Source: Eimeria praecox
Taxonomy: Eukaryota
Assembly: GCA_963920595.1 (NCBI GenBank)
Contig: OY986950.1
Location: forward strand, 1,736,001-1,800,000
Direction of reading: 5' to 3'
DNA: 64,000 nucleotides
Under the pieces are notes generated by a model that saw only the letters and a list, made by a program, of their open reading frames with translations, had not been told where the DNA came from and searched no databases. The position numbers and the translations under genes were made by a program. Of this stretch, positions 58,572 to 64,000 are shown in pieces. Every line of letters begins with the position of its first letter. Within the stretch, counting starts at the first letter, position 1.

Positions 58572-61500
58572 ATGGGGGTGTCACGGGGGGCCGTGTGGCT
58601 CCTCAGCAACACAGCAGCTACACGCATGCATGGCATCCTTTGCACGGGCCCCCGCACCTGGCGCGCAGCTGCAGCACCTGTTTGTTCGGCTGGAGCAGCA
58701 GCAAAAGCAGCTTCTGCTGCTGCACCAGAGCCACTTGCTGCTGTGCAAACGTGGGCACCCGTGGCGTTCGTGGGGCCCCTGCAGGGGCCCCTCCATGGGC
58801 GTAGCCTCCCCCGTACCATCAATTCTTCCGTTCGTGTGCGTTGTCTCTGCTCTCTGCCCTGTGCAGCCGCTTCACGGGCTGGTGCTGCAGCGCCTTGCAT
58901 GCGGCCATCTCTGGGTCTTCTCCGCTGCTTCACACACCCAGCCACCAGGTATGGTCGTGGTTTGGCGACAGTTGCGCGCTCAAGCGGCAGCAGCAACAGC
59001 AACATCAGCACTACCGGCAGCTCCAACAGCAGCATCAACAGCACCGACTGTGGGAAACCAAGAGGGGCACGCCCGCTGAATCCCAGCGGACAACCTACTG
59101 CTTGCAGAACGATTTTCAGCAGCAGCAGCGAAGGACAGTGTCCCAAAAACGGCAACAGCAGCAGCACGATGAGACGCAGCAGTGTCAGCGGCAGCAGCGG
59201 CAGCAGCAGCAATGGCCGCGGGAACACGAGTGGGCCCCTAATTGTTGCAGACAGCTCGGAATCAAACCGAGAGGGGGTTGCACCGAAAAGCCTTTGGCGG
59301 CTTCTTGCTGCTGCCATGTGGCCTGCAAGTCGCACCCTGAAGGCACGGGTTGTGGGGGCTGTTGTTTCTCTCTTGGCTGCTAAGTGTCTCACCATTGCAG
59401 CTCCTGTGGCCTTGGCGGGCCTTATAGACCACTTCACACAGACCGCTGCAGCAGAAGCAACGCAAGCAACAGCAGGAACAGCAGCAGCTGCCGCTGCTGC
59501 TGCTGCTGATGCCGCAGCGGAAGAAACAGGAAAGACGACCGCACGGCCCCTCCTGCACCCGGCGCTTCCTGTTGGGCTCGTTGTCAGCTACCCTTTGGCC
59601 AGGCTAGGCGCCTCAGGTACGATGGCTACACAGGTATAAGCAATTTCAACAGCATGTGGCAGCTGCATTTGATGCAGCAAAGTGTGCGTGCCAGGCCCTT
59701 CTATTTCCGTTGTTGCTCCCATTGCTGCTGCTGTGCTGCAGCCTTCACGGAGCTCCGCACTGCTCTCTTCACGCGGGTGTCTCAGAGGGCATCACGAGAG
59801 TTGGCTGCCACGGCCTTTTCCCACATGCATGCTACGTCCTTCAGCAGCAATAACAAAGTACTGCTTTTGCTGCTGCTGCTCGTGCTACTGTTATTGTAGC
59901 TGCTGCTCGTACTAGTGCTGTTGCTGCTGCTGCAGTTGCTGCAGTTGCGACTTGATGTGAATTCCTTGTTTTTCTTACCTTCCATTTGTTAGTGTGGGTC
60001 GGCTGCATGCTAATCCTGGTGCAGCTGCATGTTGTTGCGGGTCCCTGGTACAGGTGGGAGAGCTGACAGCTGTCTTGACTCGAGGAACTAAGGCTATTTC
60101 GCAGCTTCTGAACGTTTTGCTGTTCCAGGTAGGTTCTGCATGCAACAGATGGGGTCTGAAGGGTGCATGCTCAGCCCGCTGAAGACAAAGAATGTGCGCT
60201 GCCGCTCGCGCTACAGCTGTCGCCATTGCTGCTGCTGTTGTTGCTCTTGTTGCTGCAGGTGCTGCCCACGACGCTGGAGTTCTTGATGGTTTTGGTTCTC
60301 TTGAAGCTGCGAGTTGGTTGGACTGTGGCGGCAACAGCTGTGGCAACCATTTCGGCTTACTGGGCCTTCACAGCCGTCGTCACCACCCGCAGGGCCAAAC
60401 TGAGACGCGAAATGAATCGCTTAGAGGGGCTCAGTGCTGGTACAAAGCGCACTTCTGACACACACAGCAGCTGCCAAAGGGTAATATTGGGCCTAGGGGA
60501 CCCTTTTAGGGGCCCCCTAGGCTAAGGGGGTACAGGGGCTTAAAGGCCTTTGGGTCCTCTAAACGCCTTTATCTGTGGAGGGTTAACGCCACGGGGATTA
60601 CAAGGCCACCGTAGGGGGAGGCGGCGGGGTTTGTAGAAAACGGGGGCCCCCTCGGCCGTTGTTTGAGCTTTCTTGAGTTCTTGCAATGTATTTTACTTGG
60701 CTTCAACTGCTGCTTGGAAAAAGGGGAAGGTGAGATAGGAGTTTAGGGCGATTTTCAGGATTGTGTTTCTTCGTGGCAGGGCTGCTGGTGGACTCGCTTG
60801 GCAACGCAGAGGCGGTGCGCTACTTCACAGCGGAGGCTCAGGAGGCGGAGCGTTTTGGGGCAGTGCAGCGGCAGCTCGAGAGTCAAACGGCCAAGGTAAA
60901 TGAGTCTCTGGCTCTCCTCAATTTCGGACAGCAGCTCATCTTCACCAGCGGCCTCACCCTCGCCCTTCTGCACACCGCCAACTTGGTCGCCGCAGGGGCC
61001 GCTCCTGTTGGCCAAATTGTGCTTGTCAGCACGCTGCTGCTGCAGGTAATCGATCCAGCATCCCCCGTGTTGTCGTGCTTGGGTGGCTGCATCCGTGAAT
61101 AGGTGCCTTTCCATAGCTGTGCATGCATGCTCCCTTGCGTGCATGGGTGCATGAGGGCATGAGACATGACGGACGGCAGCAGCTCGCTCATTTCACCATC
61201 ATGGTGTCTGTGCCGACAGTCCCCGCCTTTGTGTTTGTGGGTGCCGTGTTTCCGGCTGATTAGTTGCGGACGTGCGGCATATTTTCTTGCCTCATTGCTG
61301 CCGATGGTAGTCGGTGGTTCAGTGACTTCGCTGGGCGGGGTTCCTGTGGTTGCAGCTGGCGATACCTCTTAACTTCATTGGGACTGCCTATAGAGAGCTA
61401 ACACTTAATACAATAGACTTGGAAAAGCTGCAGCAGCTGCTGCAGCTGAAGCCGCTGGTGCAGGACCCACCGAACCCAGTTGCTTTCCAATTGCAAGGCG

Positions 61501-63058
61501 GTTCCGTCGAGTTTAAAGACGTGAAATTCGCGTATCCCCCCTCCCACTCATTGGAGCAACTGTCTGTACAGCCGGCGCCACAAAACCAGCAGCTTGGAGA
61601 AAGTGTGCAAGACTCCACAGCTGCGCAGAGCGTCGGGAAGATGGTATTAGACGGATTTTCGCTTCAAGTGCCTGCCGGGAGCCGAGTGGCCTTGGTGGGA
61701 GAATCGGGCTCAGGCAAGACAACGCTAATTCGCCTTTTGTACCGCCTTGCCGACCCTCTTAGCGGCGTCGTGTCTATTGACGGGCAGGACCTCAAGACTC
61801 TGCCAATCATGTCATTTAGGTATCTTGCAATTCGCTCTGTTTTGAGGAAACCCATTGCGTGAACCTGGCATGCACACTTGCTTTGCTGGATGGCATATGC
61901 ATGCGGTGTAGTGGTGGCCGTGTTGAGCTGTTGTGAGGCCCCTTTGTCCTCCAGAGAGGGCGCGGGAAGTAAGATAAAGGGTACGGACGGATTAGGGGTT
62001 TTGCTCAGCATTTGGGGGGCGGCCTGTTGCTGCCGCTGTGTGCACTGGGTTTGGCACAGGCGGCACATTGGGGTGGTCCCCCAAGACGTGGCGCTCTTCA
62101 ACGAATCCCTGGGGTTTAACCTTCGCTATGGCAGCCCGCACGCCACAGATGAACAAGTGAAGGTGTGACTTCAGCAGACTCGTTGTTGCTTGGCCTGTTT
62201 GCTTCTGCTGTGGCCCGGAAGAACCGTCGCCTCTGCATGCAGGAGTGCACACGTTCTCTGACGAAGTTGCCGCGTGGAACTCCCGCTCATATGATTTTGC
62301 ATTGCTTCTTTTACCTTCTCGGTGCACAGTGCAGATAAGGGCATCCCGGCCCCATGCTTTGTCTATTTCTTTATTTCTGCTGCGTTCGCTCTGCTCAGGA
62401 GGCAATCCGCCTGGCAGAGCTGACAGAGTTGGTGGAGTCGCTTCCCGAGGGACTTAACACCCCCGTGGGTGACCGAGGCCTTCGGCTAAGCGGAGGAGAG
62501 AAGCAACGCGTGGGGATCGCGCGGTGTCTGCTGCGGAACCCGGAGATTGTGTTGTTTGACGAAGCTACGAGCGCCCTTGACCTCCACACTGAGCACAAAA
62601 TCCTAAAGGTATGTGTTATGTTTCTCCTGTTTGCTTCTGAAGCTCTGAGTGCGGGTACATCTCGCAACCTCTATATCTACACATATGCGCATACGTATGT
62701 ATATTCACTTGCATATTTATATGCACGAACGCGCGTTTATTGAAGCGAGTTTGGCCTCGCAGGCAGTGGCTGGTAGCGGGAAGGTTCTCGCGATGCTGCG
62801 GTTGGGGGCTGAATGAGGTCCACGCCTGTGTTGGCTGTTTAAATGTTTATTCCTCATTAACAGGCCTTGCAAGCAATTTCCCATGGGCGCACCACCCTGT
62901 TGATTGCCCACCGCCTCTCCACAGTCGCAGGAGCCGACACAATTGCTGTTCTGGACAGGGGCCGAGTCGCGGAGATCGGAACGCATCAGCAGCTGCTGCG
63001 CAAACCAAATGGCTTGTATGCTTCCATGTGGGCCCGACAGGTCAGCGCTGTGTTCTAG
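58572..63058 (+). CDS. ATM1: Mitochondrial ABC half-transporter ATM1/ABCB7; 9 exons
   Basis: Exons 58572-59616, 59742-59857, 60054-60128, 60259-60439, 60780-61045, 61356-61819, 62060-62162, 62399-62608, 62864-63058. Membrane-domain motifs [48 protein letters not shown]. Walker [40 protein letters not shown]. Start could be 58572 or 58627. Confidence 0.93.
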
Positions 63059-63109
63059 GGACCCTTCGGCCTGTGTGCACTTCATTTCACCTCGTGTTTG
63101 GTGCACGTT

Positions 63110-64000
63110 TAGCTGCAAGCGTGTTTCGTCTGGCACATGGAGGCATAGACACCCAATTGCAACTTCTTGAGACTCGTTTCCGTCATGCTGTACAGTGTGG
63201 GGTGTGCGTGGACTGTGCTGGCAGCGAGAAGGCCAAACGGGGAAAGCCTTCAGCACCTCCTGATCGGTAATACCCATCTTCCCAGTACCGAGCGTATTTT
63301 GGATTTTTAATGCCTGCAACTCCCCGTTTGAAAGGCATGCAGCCTCACTTATGGGAGGTATTTGGGCTGGCTCCGGCAGCAGCTTCGGCACTTAGCTACA
63401 AATCAATGGGAAGAGACCAGAGGGGGTGCGAAGCGCCCAGGGCGTGTTCACGAACCACACAAGAGAAACTTATGCATTTGCATAGCTGGAGTTGTATATG
63501 TTTCTTGCGGTATACACAATCCATGCATCTGCACATATATCCAGGTGTGTGATTTGTATTAGAAGAGAACACATTAAGGCAGGTTGGACGGTTCATGCAT
63601 TTGCTCATAGAGCTTCACCTGCACGATCCCTGGGCCTCACCAGCTTGCAAGAGTGCTGAATCGCCATAAATGGGGCATTTTCCCGCCCCTGTTGCTCACT
63701 AAATACTCGCCATCAGCAGAAGCTGCCGCACGCAATCCACGACAAAGAAGCGTGCTTCGACTACAGAAGCAACTGGACAGCTCTCCTTCAAGCCGCAGAC
63801 AACAGGAGGACTCGAAGAGCGTGTACAAGATGACTGTGCTTCTGGATACGTCTAGCAGGCGCATTCGTGGGTAGAAGATCATACTAGCGGCATATAGGGG
63901 CATGTATGCCCACGACTATGTGGGGCGCCATTACAACACAGCACACGGCAGTTTAGCCCATGGGGTTATTAAGCGGCAATATACGGACCTTCCTTGGCGT
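63110..64000 (+). mobile_element. Degenerate retroelement integrase relic immediately downstream of ATM1
   Basis: LAHGGIDTQLQLLETRF..CVDC...K (63130 to about 63230) resembles the HHCC zinc finger GHxGxxxT..RF..CxxC; followed by RILDF (63293), HDP (63622), TKYSPSAE (63698) and VYKMTV (63821) in integrase-core order, with frameshifts. Confidence 0.5.

Noticed and set aside
58463..59437. 324-aa minus-strand ORF
   Set aside because: Antisense shadow of the GC-rich ATM1 exon 1.

Overview
Eukaryotic, intron-rich apicomplexan DNA, almost certainly Eimeria, judging by pervasive CAG/CTG repeats in and out of exons, interstitial TTTAGGG telomere-like repeats, TGCATGCA motifs and alternating repeat-rich and repeat-poor segments. 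Most ORFs in the supplied track are microsatellite artefacts, so gene models were assembled by hand from splice sites and exon phase. Genes: 5' end of SF3B3 (-), an 11-exon type II NADH dehydrogenase (-), a ~2,470-aa TTLL tubulin-modifying ligase (-), a 943-aa hypothetical protein (+), ERK7/MAPK15 (-, with a GC-AG intron), a DGAT2/MGAT-family acyltransferase (+), mitoribosomal mL43 (-), an ~80-aa Ac45/Voa1-like membrane microprotein (+) and ATM1/ABCB7 (+). Less expected signals: two heavily decayed Ty3/gypsy-like retroelement relics; a dispersed 14-bp palindrome GGTGTAYRTACACC, often beside 3' splice sites; repeated tandem duplication of exon-end/donor units into introns (one copy differs only at synonymous positions); and a repeat-spacer arrangement built from telomeric dimers. 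Family assignments rest on motif recognition only; no database searches were run.
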